A stretch of DNA of 35,747 nt, taken from contig CAYHTG010000004.1 in assembly GCA_964359495.1 (NCBI GenBank), forward strand, positions 1-35,747. The letters are read 5' to 3'. The stretch comes from an uncultured Candidatus Peribacteria bacterium (lineage in GTDB: Bacteria > Patescibacteriota > Gracilibacteria > UBA1369 > 2-02-FULL-48-14). The notes beneath the pieces were generated by a model that saw only the letters and a list, made by a program, of their open reading frames with translations, had not been told where the DNA came from and did not search any database. Below are positions 1 to 7,905 of this stretch, in pieces. How positions within the stretch are numbered: position 1 is the stretch's first letter; each line of letters opens with the position of its first letter. The translations under genes and the position numbers were made by a program.

Positions 1-70
1 CGTGGCAGGAGTCGAACCTGCGACCCTCAGCTCCGCAAGCTGATGCTCTATCCAACTGAGCTACACGACC
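1..70 (-). tRNA. tRNA-Arg (anticodon GCG), 3' end cut by the window edge
   Basis: Reverse complement folds as a cloverleaf: GGTCGTG acceptor strand, GCTC/GAGC D-arm, TCAGC-TTGCGGA-GCTGA anticodon arm (GCG at 36..34), GCAGG-TTCGACT-CCTGC T-arm, then CACG. Confidence 0.96.
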
Positions 71-82
71 ACGGCACGCAGA

Positions 83-111
83 ATCCTAAGGCAAAACCCG
101 GGAGATGGCAA
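83..111 (-). promoter_or_regulatory. Putative sigma70 promoter for the tRNA
   Basis: TTGCCA-17 bp-TAGGAT on the minus strand, ending 12 nt upstream of tRNA G1. Confidence 0.55.
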
Positions 112-122
112 GAGGGGACAGC

Positions 123-212
123 TCAACTGAGCGATCTCAATACAGTGAGCAAACTGAGGAAGTTAACCAAGAGTGTTAGTAGACCGATAGTGATTTGAGT
201 CATATTAAACAT
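123..212 (-). CDS. Putative small hydrophobic peptide (29 aa, MFNMTQITIGLLTLLVNFLSLLTVLRSLS)
   Basis: Translated by hand (below the ORF-track cutoff). It has one TM-length hydrophobic stretch, and its first ATG lies in the outer arm of a hairpin. Confidence 0.35.
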   Translation of the reverse strand: MFNMTQITIGLLTLLVNFLSLLTVLRSLS

Positions 213-268
213 AAAGAAAAAGGTTACGAGTGGGGCTGAGCAGTGGCGACGTAACCTTTGCTATGTTT
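207..268 (-). terminator. Inverted repeat or attenuator-like hairpin followed by a U-rich tract
   Basis: AAAGGTTACG (219-228) pairs with CGTAACCTTT (250-259), and AAACATA (207-213) pairs with TATGTTT (262-268). On the minus strand the stem runs into TTTTTCTTT. The loop is long (21 nt). Confidence 0.5.
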
Positions 269-287
269 GAATAGGCCTAAAAGTTGG

Positions 288-359
288 TCAGCACACCGCA
301 AGAAAACCGTGCCAGCGGTAATGCTTTTTCTTCAGTAGGATTTGAATTGCAGTTTGCAT
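288..359 (-). CDS. Putative leader peptide (23 aa, MQTAIQILLKKKHYRWHGFLAVC)
   Basis: Translated by hand. It sits between the promoter at 382-409 and the hairpin at 207-268. Confidence 0.3.
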   Translation of the reverse strand: MQTAIQILLKKKHYRWHGFLAVC

Positions 360-381
360 AATAAAGTTTAGAGTAACGCTT

Positions 382-409
382 ATTTTACTCCAGTTGGAGA
401 TTTGGTCAA
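382..409 (-). promoter_or_regulatory. Putative sigma70 promoter
   Basis: TTGACC-16 bp-TAAAAT on the minus strand, just downstream of the Fic stop codon. Confidence 0.6.
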
Positions 410-423
410 GTTTTTCTCATGTT

Positions 424-1482
424 TTAAAGTTTTCTGTATCTGGAGCTTCTCCCAAGCCCAATTCTTTCAATCTTTTTTAGGCGCAACAATTTATCTAAAA
501 CTTGGTTTATGGTCGGCCGTGCAACTTTAGCGTGTTTAGACATTTCTGCGGGAGTCGCTTCCGGGACAGTAAGCATGTATTTCCATACCGCTAATTGTTT
601 CGGTGAGAGCAACTTTTCAATGTTTTCCTTTGATAGCAATTCCACCGCTTGTTTAGATTGTTCGTAGAGAATATCAAGAAAAAAATCTAGCCATGGGGTT
701 ATATCTTCTTTCTTCTTTTTAATTGTTTTTTGGCTTCGGCGAAGTGCGATGTAATATTCTGACTTGTTATTTTCCACTAACTTTTCGTGCGAAACGTAGG
801 GCATATACTCATAGCCCATTTTTAGCAGTAAAAAATTAGTTAGAACGCGTGAAATTCTACCGTTGCCGTCAATAAAGGGATGGATGTTCAAAAATTCAAC
901 CAAAAAACTGCCAATAGTTAAGAGGGGATGAATGGTTTGATTTTCTAAGGCTTTGGCTGTCCACTCGACCAGTTCTTGCATTTCTTTTGGAGTCATGTAA
1001 GCCGATGTGGTATCAAAAAGCACGCCTATGGAATTGCCGGCTGCGTCAACCATGTGCACTTTGTTTTCTTGTTTCTTATACTCACCTCGGTGTCTTTCGT
1101 CTTTGTCTACATATTTTAACAGTTCTTTGTGGAAGTGTTTGAGAGAGCTCTCATTGAATTTAATATATTTCCAAGAGTCAAAAACATTATTTAGAAGCTC
1201 GTAGTATCCTTTTACCTCCTGTACATCACGGTCGGTGAATTTTTGGGTGGATAGCCCTCGCATCATTTTTTCAATATCTTCATCGGAAAGTTTTGCGCCC
1301 TCGATGCGAGTAGAGGCGCCGGTGGATGTAATCAAAACAGAACGTTTTAGACGACCTAAAACCTGAGGATCCAATCTTGCCCCAGAAATCCACTGGCCTT
1401 TTAACTCATCAATCTTGTTGATTTTGAGCCAAATTCCAGATGGAATATTCTTAATTCTTTCGTTAAGCCTGTTTTTTCTCAT
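424..1482 (-). CDS. Fic family protein (class II, N-terminal inhibitory helix) with C-terminal winged HTH
   Basis: Canonical Fic motif HPFIDGNGRISR, inhibitory motif STRIEG (S/TxxxEG), and C-terminal HTH ATPAEMSKHAKVARPTINQVLDKL...IERIG.GRSSRY. Confidence 0.93.
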   Translation of the reverse strand: MRKNRLNERIKNIPSGIWLKINKIDELKGQWISGARLDPQVLGRLKRSVLITSTGASTRIEGAKLSDEDIEKMMRGLSTQKFTDRDVQEVKGYYELLNNVFDSWKYIKFNESSLKHFHKELLKYVDKDERHRGEYKKQENKVHMVDAAGNSIGVLFDTTSAYMTPKEMQELVEWTAKALENQTIHPLLTIGSFLVEFLNIHPFIDGNGRISRVLTNFLLLKMGYEYMPYVSHEKLVENNKSEYYIALRRSQKTIKKKKEDITPWLDFFLDILYEQSKQAVELLSKENIEKLLSPKQLAVWKYMLTVPEATPAEMSKHAKVARPTINQVLDKLLRLKKIERIGLGRSSRYRKL

Positions 1483-1488
1483 AGATAT

Positions 1489-1541
1489 AATCTTATACTT
1501 TAACTATATAAGATTGTATAAGATTGGGCAATTAGTGTCAA
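1489..1541 (-). promoter_or_regulatory. Fic promoter with a three-box operator
   Basis: TTGACA (1541-1536)-17 bp-TACAAT (1518-1513). The 9-mer TATAAGATT occurs at 1507-1515 and 1517-1525, with an inverted copy AATCTTATA at 1489-1497. Confidence 0.7.
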
Positions 1542-1560
1542 ATCTTGGTCAAGCCTTGCC

Positions 1561-2358
1561 TTAAACTTTGTCCCCGCCCTTTTCTTTAATCACGCGGAGC
1601 ATTTCGGAGTGGAGGAGGCCGTTAGAGGCCAGGATGTTTTCGAGTTTGGGGTTGAAGAGGCTGCCGTCCATGTTGGTCACCATGCCGCCGGCTTCTTCCA
1701 TAATGATTTTGCCCGCGGCGACGTCCCAAGGTTTGAGGGAATATTCCCAAAAGCCATCGAAGCGGCCGGCGGCCGTAAAACATAAATCAATGGCGGCGGA
1801 ACCAAAGCGCCGAACACCTTGGCCGGCTTGGTAAAAGGCATCAAAAAGAGCCATGTTTTTCTTGTAGCGCTCGCCTTCGCGTGCGTATGGAAAGCCTGTA
1901 GCAAAAACACCTTGTTGAAGTTTGGCCGTCTTAGATACATGAATTTCTTTGTTTCCGATGTAAGCTCCCCGTCCTTCTTGCGCCCAAAAACTCTCCTTAA
2001 GAGCCGGGATTTCCACCACGCCAATAATCGGCTTCCCCTTGTAGACAATGGCAATGGAAATGGCATAAAGAGGAAGACCATGGGCAAAATTGGTGGTTCC
2101 ATCAATGGGGTCCACAATCCACTTATAATCTCCACCTTGGTCCAGGGCCGCGGTTTCTTCGCTCAAAATGGAATGATCGGGGAAGTGAGCTCGAATCGTC
2201 TTTAGAATGAGAGCTTCGCAGGCTTTGTCCGCTTCCGTTACCAGATCAACCGGGCTGCTTTTGGTGCTCACCGAAAATCCCTTTTCTTGAAATTTAAGGG
2301 CCATTTTGCCGGCATCGTAGGCTAATTTTTTGGCAATCTGAAGAAGATGGATGGGCAT
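1561..2358 (-). CDS. suhB: Inositol monophosphatase family protein (SuhB-like)
   Basis: Motifs DLVTEAD, ILSEE, WIVDPIDGTTNF, RRFGSAAIDL and WDVAAG. Confidence 0.92.
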   Translation of the reverse strand: MPIHLLQIAKKLAYDAGKMALKFQEKGFSVSTKSSPVDLVTEADKACEALILKTIRAHFPDHSILSEETAALDQGGDYKWIVDPIDGTTNFAHGLPLYAISIAIVYKGKPIIGVVEIPALKESFWAQEGRGAYIGNKEIHVSKTAKLQQGVFATGFPYAREGERYKKNMALFDAFYQAGQGVRRFGSAAIDLCFTAAGRFDGFWEYSLKPWDVAAGKIIMEEAGGMVTNMDGSLFNPKLENILASNGLLHSEMLRVIKEKGGDKV

Positions 2359-2415
2359 GGCGTCTAATTAGGATTTCATCATACCTTGGAATTTGCTTTC
2401 GCGGCTGGAAAAAAC

Positions 2416-2443
2416 TTGACAGATCGGGCTAAAGTGGTATTCT
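2416..2443 (+). promoter_or_regulatory. Putative sigma70 promoter
   Basis: TTGACA-16 bp-TATTCT with a TG extension. Confidence 0.6.
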
Positions 2444-2451
2444 CAGGATCT

Positions 2452-2577
2452 ATGATCTTTCTTCAAACCTTGTTTTCTGTTCTTCTTCTTGAAAAGTACC
2501 GGCTTAAACCGGGGCGTTCTCAGGTGTGGCTCCGGGAAATGATCTCTCTTGAGCGCAGGCACCGTTCTATTCGGTAA
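2452..2577 (+). CDS. Possible leaderless small ORF or leader peptide (41 aa)
   Basis: ATG lies 8 nt after the -10 box and the stop lies 8 nt before the next ATG. It has a hydrophobic N-half and a basic C-half. Confidence 0.3.
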   Translation: MIFLQTLFSVLLLEKYRLKPGRSQVWLREMISLERRHRSIR

Positions 2578-2585
2578 ATAAACTT

Positions 2586-3209
2586 ATGACTCACGCTTTG
2601 AACATTGTGCAAGGAGGAATTCCTCCCGAGGAGAGGATGGGGGATTTAACGAAGAGGCCAAAATACAACACTTTGGTCGCAGAGACATCGGATGGAGGAG
2701 CTTACATTCTCACTGTGGGTGGAGAATGTGTCTATGGTCGTCCCACCGGAGATGGTTTTTATGAGGTTCGGTTTCTTTTAAGTCCGCCGATTCGAGTACG
2801 CGTGATTAGGCCCGAGGATAAACTTCCACTAGCAAGGGCAAGGATGCAACTCAGAGAGGCTTTTGGAGGAACTCTCAATTATTGGAGCGGATGTTCTGCT
2901 GTGACAATGCCTCCCTCAGCTCTTTCCGAATTGGAGGCTTACACCCCTGCTGATCGATTTTTTCATTTGGCGCAAGATGAAGGAACTTCTGAGCCTTCTA
3001 ACCTTCTAGGTATGACCTCGGCTACAGTTGGTGCTTCAGGACATGTTGGAATCACTCGATTCCCTGCTTTTCGTGTTGATGAAGTTGGCGACGATCTTAC
3101 CTTGCAGTTTGGGCATCTTCAAAGGTCAGCGGAAGCTCCATCCGGCTGGAGAATCTACCGTCACGAAGGACCCATAGAAGTGAACGGGGCCACTTATTTT
3201 CGCGGCTGA
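2586..3209 (+). CDS. Hypothetical protein (ORFan-like, 207 aa)
   Basis: The only long ORF filling the suhB-uvrB gap, with an AAACTT-ATG start context like other genes here. No motif recognised. Confidence 0.7.
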   Translation: MTHALNIVQGGIPPEERMGDLTKRPKYNTLVAETSDGGAYILTVGGECVYGRPTGDGFYEVRFLLSPPIRVRVIRPEDKLPLARARMQLREAFGGTLNYWSGCSAVTMPPSALSELEAYTPADRFFHLAQDEGTSEPSNLLGMTSATVGASGHVGITRFPAFRVDEVGDDLTLQFGHLQRSAEAPSGWRIYRHEGPIEVNGATYFRG

Positions 3210-3279
3210 TGCGAGTCGCTGTGCGGTGTTCGTGGCTAAAATAAATGGAAGGTGCTAAAATCCTCGGGCTTCTTTAATT

Positions 3280-5253
3280 ATGATTCAGAAAAAGTTCAAA
3301 ATTAAATCGGAGATGGTGCCGAAGGGTGATCAGCCTAAGGCCATTGAACAGCTCGTGGCCGGTCTTGAAAAGGGACTGCATCATCAAGTGCTTTTGGGCG
3401 CGACGGGCACAGGCAAGACCTTTACCATTGGAAACGTCATCGAACGCGTGCAACGGCCGACGCTTATTGTTGCGCATAACAAGACTTTGGCCGCGCAGCT
3501 CTGCAGCGAGCTTAAGGAAATGTTTCCGGATAACGCGGTGTGTTACTTCGTTTCTTACTACGATTACTACCAGCCGGAGGCGTATTTGCCGCATACGGAC
3601 ACCTACATTGAAAAGGACGCGCAAATTAACGAGGAAATTGAAAAATATCGGCATAAAGCCACGGAAAGTTTGCTCACGCGGCGCGATACGATTGTGGTGG
3701 CTTCGGTGTCTTGCATTTACGGTCTGGGTTCTCCCAAGGAATATTTGGAGCTTCGAATTGAACTCAAAAAAGGCGGGCAGATTCCACGTGATACGCTGCT
3801 GCGTCAACTGGCCGATCTTCAGTACACACGAGCGGCCATGGATTTCAAACATGGGATGTTTCATGTGCTAGGGGACACACTGGAAATTTTTCCGCCGGGC
3901 GGAGACACGGCGCTGCGGCTGGAATTTTTTGATGACGATATTGAGCGCATCAGCGAAGTGGAACCCTTCACCGGAGAGATTTTAGGCGAAGTGGAGGAGG
4001 TCACGGTGTTTCCGGCTAAGCACGCGGTGACCACGGAAGCAAAAATTAAGGTGGCTGTGGAAGGAATTCGTCCCGAGCTTGATGACCGTGTGAAACAACT
4101 GCAGGCGATGGGGAAGGGGCTGGAAGCCGAGCGTCTTAAAACGCGCACGGAATACGATATTGAAATTTTGCTGGAGACCGGGTATTGCAGTGGAATTGAA
4201 AACTACGTTCGTTATTTTAATACCGTGGCTGAGGAAGGAAGACCCTCCACCTTGCTCGATTATTTTCCGAAAGATTTTTTGATGGTGCTTGATGAGTCAC
4301 ACATGTCGGTGCCGCAAATCGGGGCCATGCATAATGGAAATTTGTCACGCAAACAAACGTTGGTGGAGCATGGATTTCGTTTGCCCTCCGCTTTCGACAA
4401 TCGACCGCTCAAGTTTGAAGAATTTGAAGAATACATGCGCTCAACCATTTATGTTTCGGCCACGCCGGCGGCTTTTGAGATGGGGAAGAAGCAGCAGCTT
4501 GTGGAGCAGATCATTCGTCCCACCGGACTCGTGGACCCTGAAATTTCGGTCCGCAAAAAAGAAGGACAAATTGAAGATTTACTCGGTGAAATTCGTGCAC
4601 GAACGGCAAAGGGCCACCGCGTACTTTTGACCACTTTGACTAAGCGAAGTTCGGAAGATCTCACGGAATTTTTGACCGACGCCGATGTGAAAGTGCGTTA
4701 CCTCCATTCGGATATTGAAACTCTGGAACGCATTGAAATTTTGCGCGATTTGCGATTGGGAAAATTTGACGTGCTTGTGGGAATCAACTTGCTGCGCGAG
4801 GGTCTCGACCTTCCAGAAGTTTCGCTTGTTGTGATTTTAGATGCGGACAAACAAGGTTTTCTTCGCAGCACCTCTGCGCTCATTCAAACCATTGGGCGCG
4901 CTGCTCGTAACGCGGAAGGAAAGGTGATTATGTATGCGGACACGGAAACCGCTGCCATGCGCGGAGCCTTGGATGAAACCAACAGGCGGCGCGCCGTCCA
5001 AGTAGCCCACAACAAAAAACACGGGATCACTCCGCAAACCATTCAAAAGGCCATTAAAGATATTGAAATGCATCGCAAGCAGGAAGAAACCAAACAAGTC
5101 CGCCGCTACGATTCCAAAAAAGTGCCCAAGGAAGAACTGTTCCGCCTCATCCAAAGTCTCGAAACCGAAATGGACTTTGCCGCCCAAAACATGGAATTCG
5201 AAAAAGCCGCCGTCCTTCGGGATGAAATTGAGGAGATGAGAGGGCGGCTTTAA
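3280..5253 (+). CDS. uvrB: Excinuclease ABC subunit B
   Basis: GDQPKAI, Walker [31 protein letters not shown] beta-hairpin, [13 protein letters not shown] and the C-terminal UVR domain [11 protein letters not shown]. Confidence 0.99.
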   Translation: MIQKKFKIKSEMVPKGDQPKAIEQLVAGLEKGLHHQVLLGATGTGKTFTIGNVIERVQRPTLIVAHNKTLAAQLCSELKEMFPDNAVCYFVSYYDYYQPEAYLPHTDTYIEKDAQINEEIEKYRHKATESLLTRRDTIVVASVSCIYGLGSPKEYLELRIELKKGGQIPRDTLLRQLADLQYTRAAMDFKHGMFHVLGDTLEIFPPGGDTALRLEFFDDDIERISEVEPFTGEILGEVEEVTVFPAKHAVTTEAKIKVAVEGIRPELDDRVKQLQAMGKGLEAERLKTRTEYDIEILLETGYCSGIENYVRYFNTVAEEGRPSTLLDYFPKDFLMVLDESHMSVPQIGAMHNGNLSRKQTLVEHGFRLPSAFDNRPLKFEEFEEYMRSTIYVSATPAAFEMGKKQQLVEQIIRPTGLVDPEISVRKKEGQIEDLLGEIRARTAKGHRVLLTTLTKRSSEDLTEFLTDADVKVRYLHSDIETLERIEILRDLRLGKFDVLVGINLLREGLDLPEVSLVVILDADKQGFLRSTSALIQTIGRAARNAEGKVIMYADTETAAMRGALDETNRRRAVQVAHNKKHGITPQTIQKAIKDIEMHRKQEETKQVRRYDSKKVPKEELFRLIQSLETEMDFAAQNMEFEKAAVLRDEIEEMRGRL

Positions 5254-5263
5254 GTCCGTTCGA

Positions 5264-6346
5264 CTAGATTAAGTTTCTCGCGATAGCCCCCTGTAAGGAG
5301 GTCAACCAGTGCTGCCAGCCATCCGTTTTAGATGATGCAGCGAGTCTTGTTGTGTCCGCTACCCATTTTGCCATTCCGGCACTTTGGCCGGTCATTACTC
5401 GCGCAAGCGCAAGGTATTTTTCCACATCGTTTGGCGGAAGAGGCCAAGTGGCAACTTCCGTATCGGTAGTGCCGACCAAGATAGCCTGTCTATCGATTCC
5501 ATCCATAGTAAAACTGGGGAAAAGAACGATAGGGCCATTGCTCAATTTAGCCAGACTCGCCTCATGTAAATCAGCTCCGTTTATATGGGTTCCGAGGCTC
5601 TCTTGCCCCAGACCTTTGGTCCCGACAACCCATCCTCCGCCTTTAACTACAGTAATTTGACCCATTTCAGGTTGCCATTTTCTTTGAAGATTCAATCTTG
5701 TCAGAAGTCCTTTTTGTCTTCCACAGAGAGTTGAGACTAAACTTGGATCTGTTTCAGGAACTTCAGGTAGATTCGTATTACCGGTGTTAATTCTTCTTGC
5801 ATTCAAATCCACAAGACGCTGGCTCATTGAGGTGCCTACACTTGCAATGACTTCACACATAATTTTAGGATCTTTTAGAAGTGGAACCGTTTGTGCTAAG
5901 ACTTCAAGAGGAGGGAGTTCACCCCAACTACTATCTGCGGACAAGCGGAGTCCAAAGGCGGGAGAATGAACAAGGTTCTGTCGATGGTTTCCGTCAACAC
6001 CGTTCAACCAGGTGGCCTCACGAAGTACATCCCCTTGGTTGCATGCGAGGTGAGTTACAACATCTCGCGGTTTACCCCAAGCATAGACGTCTACCTCCAG
6101 CCCGTCATCTCCAACCAAGATGAGTGGGTTTCGGTGGGGCACACCTTTTTCTCGAGAAAAAGGCGTGAGTTGCCGTCCGGGGGTACCATCTACTTTGAGA
6201 AGATGTTTTCTAAAAGCATGAAGCAATTCAGCAGGTAGATTCTTAAAGAAAGTGGAGTCTTCAAGGTTGCCGCCAGGCGGTCTCTTAAGTGCGGCGACTT
6301 GCTCCAGTATTTCCTGTTCTCGCGGATTATCTTTTTTAGGACTCAT
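5264..6346 (-). CDS. Hypothetical protein with two degenerate cyclic-nucleotide-binding (CAP_ED-like) domains
   Basis: FFKNLPAELLHAFRKH resembles the CNB N-terminal helix, followed by GDVLREATWL. The second domain has DGIDRQAILVGTTDTEV, close to the consensus G.PRsATV.A.TDceL. Confidence 0.65.
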   Translation of the reverse strand: MSPKKDNPREQEILEQVAALKRPPGGNLEDSTFFKNLPAELLHAFRKHLLKVDGTPGRQLTPFSREKGVPHRNPLILVGDDGLEVDVYAWGKPRDVVTHLACNQGDVLREATWLNGVDGNHRQNLVHSPAFGLRLSADSSWGELPPLEVLAQTVPLLKDPKIMCEVIASVGTSMSQRLVDLNARRINTGNTNLPEVPETDPSLVSTLCGRQKGLLTRLNLQRKWQPEMGQITVVKGGGWVVGTKGLGQESLGTHINGADLHEASLAKLSNGPIVLFPSFTMDGIDRQAILVGTTDTEVATWPLPPNDVEKYLALARVMTGQSAGMAKWVADTTRLAASSKTDGWQHWLTSLQGAIARNLI

Positions 6347-6358
6347 AAGTAAAGATTG

Positions 6359-7447
6359 TTAAGCGGTTAAAAAATAGGCAAGAAGTCCTTCTAAAGTGCG
6401 CGGGGCATTCGGGTCCGCATCTCGTTTGAGAGCTAAGGCCGCGCGAGTTTTTAGGTCCACCGAACCTAAAGCAGACATGAGGGCCGTAACCCTTTCATTT
6501 GGGCTCAAATCCCCCAGGTTGATGTATTCAATTACACAGTCCGTTTCCGCTGTAATGCAAATTGAATTGTCTTCATCCGCCCCTGCGGCCACTTGTTCAT
6601 TTAAAACGACTCCCATATTGGGACATTGCTCTACTGTGTAGCTTGCCACCAATCGTTGTGTGGGTTTACCTTGAGCAGTCAGATAGGTTTTCCGTACCGC
6701 CAAAGCGCCTTGCCTTAAGACCATAAGAGTTCGTGGTTCAGGGCGGACTCTATTGCCTTTCTTACACTCGTTTACCCGTCCGTTCAGTTCAGGCGTAAAA
6801 ACACCTTCAAATACCGGAGGAGGTGGTGGCGTGATTCCCGGTGCGTCCATTTGTCGAACGGCCGCTTGCGTTGTTTCTCCCAGGGTTGTGTTCTGAACAA
6901 TTGCATTTTGCAGTAATTCCGCCTGGGCGAACAAACCCTCTTCTCCCAAAGAACTCAGTTTTTCAAATGCGGCAGGATCAATTCTAACAAACCGAGCAGA
7001 ATGGTCCCCTTCCACTGTGACCGTCATTCGAGGCGCTTCCCGTAGGAAAAAATTATATATGCCTACCATTGCACCCGCTTTCATTTGAAGGGAAGAGACT
7101 TGATAATCTTCTTGTTGAAAACTCAACCGTGTATCGTCTGCGGCAATAAACAGGCCATCTCGCCCTCTTCTACCCGGGGCTAGGAGTTCACTATTGGCAA
7201 ACATGGGATGGAAAGTTGCATGTTTTCTTAAAATAGCTTTAGCTTGGGCTGAAAGTCCCTCGAAAAATGCGGCATACTGCATTACGGTATCAATAATAGT
7301 CTCTGCATTTATCCCTCCTGTCGTTTGGAGAGCCAGTAGCGCCGCTTTTAATCGGGCAGAATCCACCGGTTCATTACCGATTGCGGGAGAGGGGGCTTGT
7401 TCTTTAGGAGCAAGTACAGATTGAGATTTTTCAATGGGTGAACTCAT
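6359..7447 (-). CDS. Hypothetical protein with two degenerate cyclic-nucleotide-binding domains, paralogue of the downstream gene (start moved to ATG 7447)
   Basis: Domain 1: FFEGLSAQAKAILRKH...GAMVGIYNFFLREAPRMTVTV...RIDPAAFEKL. Domain 2: LMVLRQGALAV...GVVLNE...ITAETDCVIEYI. The promoter at 7467-7494 supports the later start. Confidence 0.72.
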   Translation of the reverse strand: MSSPIEKSQSVLAPKEQAPSPAIGNEPVDSARLKAALLALQTTGGINAETIIDTVMQYAAFFEGLSAQAKAILRKHATFHPMFANSELLAPGRRGRDGLFIAADDTRLSFQQEDYQVSSLQMKAGAMVGIYNFFLREAPRMTVTVEGDHSARFVRIDPAAFEKLSSLGEEGLFAQAELLQNAIVQNTTLGETTQAAVRQMDAPGITPPPPPVFEGVFTPELNGRVNECKKGNRVRPEPRTLMVLRQGALAVRKTYLTAQGKPTQRLVASYTVEQCPNMGVVLNEQVAAGADEDNSICITAETDCVIEYINLGDLSPNERVTALMSALGSVDLKTRAALALKRDADPNAPRTLEGLLAYFLTA

Positions 7448-7466
7448 AATGGAGAAAGTGAATATA

Positions 7467-7494
7467 ATCTTAACTTCTTTGCGGGAAATGGCAA
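7467..7494 (-). promoter_or_regulatory. Putative promoter of the cNMP-domain operon
   Basis: TTGCCA-16 bp-TAAGAT on the minus strand. Confidence 0.5.
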
Positions 7495-7604
7495 ACTTTT
7501 GTCTAAGGATAGAGGATAAAGAACGTTTTGACAAGACCATTTTTTATTTTGTTAAAACTTAGATCTTCGAAATGTGGTTCAAAGTCAAAGTTTTCTTTAA
7601 ACCC

Positions 7605-7632
7605 TTGATTTTTTCGCAAAGATGAATACACT
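7605..7632 (+). promoter_or_regulatory. Putative atp operon promoter
   Basis: TTGATT-16 bp-TACACT, 24 nt before the first ATG. Confidence 0.55.
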
Positions 7633-7656
7633 ATCTGCGTTTAAGATTTAGCTTTC

Positions 7657-7905
7657 ATGAGCCACAATAAGGGAAAATCTTACATGTTCACCGCCTTGGA
7701 GCATTACACGCAGATCACGATGCGCGTGGCTGCCATTACCATCGGGACAATGGCCATTTTGGGCGTTCCGGCTTACTTTCTCGATCAAAAATTAGGCACC
7801 TGGCCTTGGATTTTTGTGGTTGCACTCATTGTGGCCTTGCCCCTTTCTCAGTATTTGGTGTTCAAGAAAATGAATGAATTTACTAAAAATAACCCTCTCG
7901 ACTGA
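7657..7905 (+). CDS. AtpZ/AtpI family small membrane protein
   Basis: Two TM helices around the motif YFLDQKLGTWPW. First gene of the atp operon, with a TGATG overlap to atpB. Confidence 0.85.
   Translation: MSHNKGKSYMFTALEHYTQITMRVAAITIGTMAILGVPAYFLDQKLGTWPWIFVVALIVALPLSQYLVFKKMNEFTKNNPLD

Noticed and set aside
1-1560. Integrative element or prophage at the tRNA
   Set aside because: No integrase or att duplication is visible. The tRNA 3' end, the usual integration side, points out of the window.
2490-2580. Known riboswitch (for example glycine, from CTCAGG)
   Set aside because: The other conserved elements (GGAGA, CCGAAGG) are missing. It is kept only as an unassigned structured leader.
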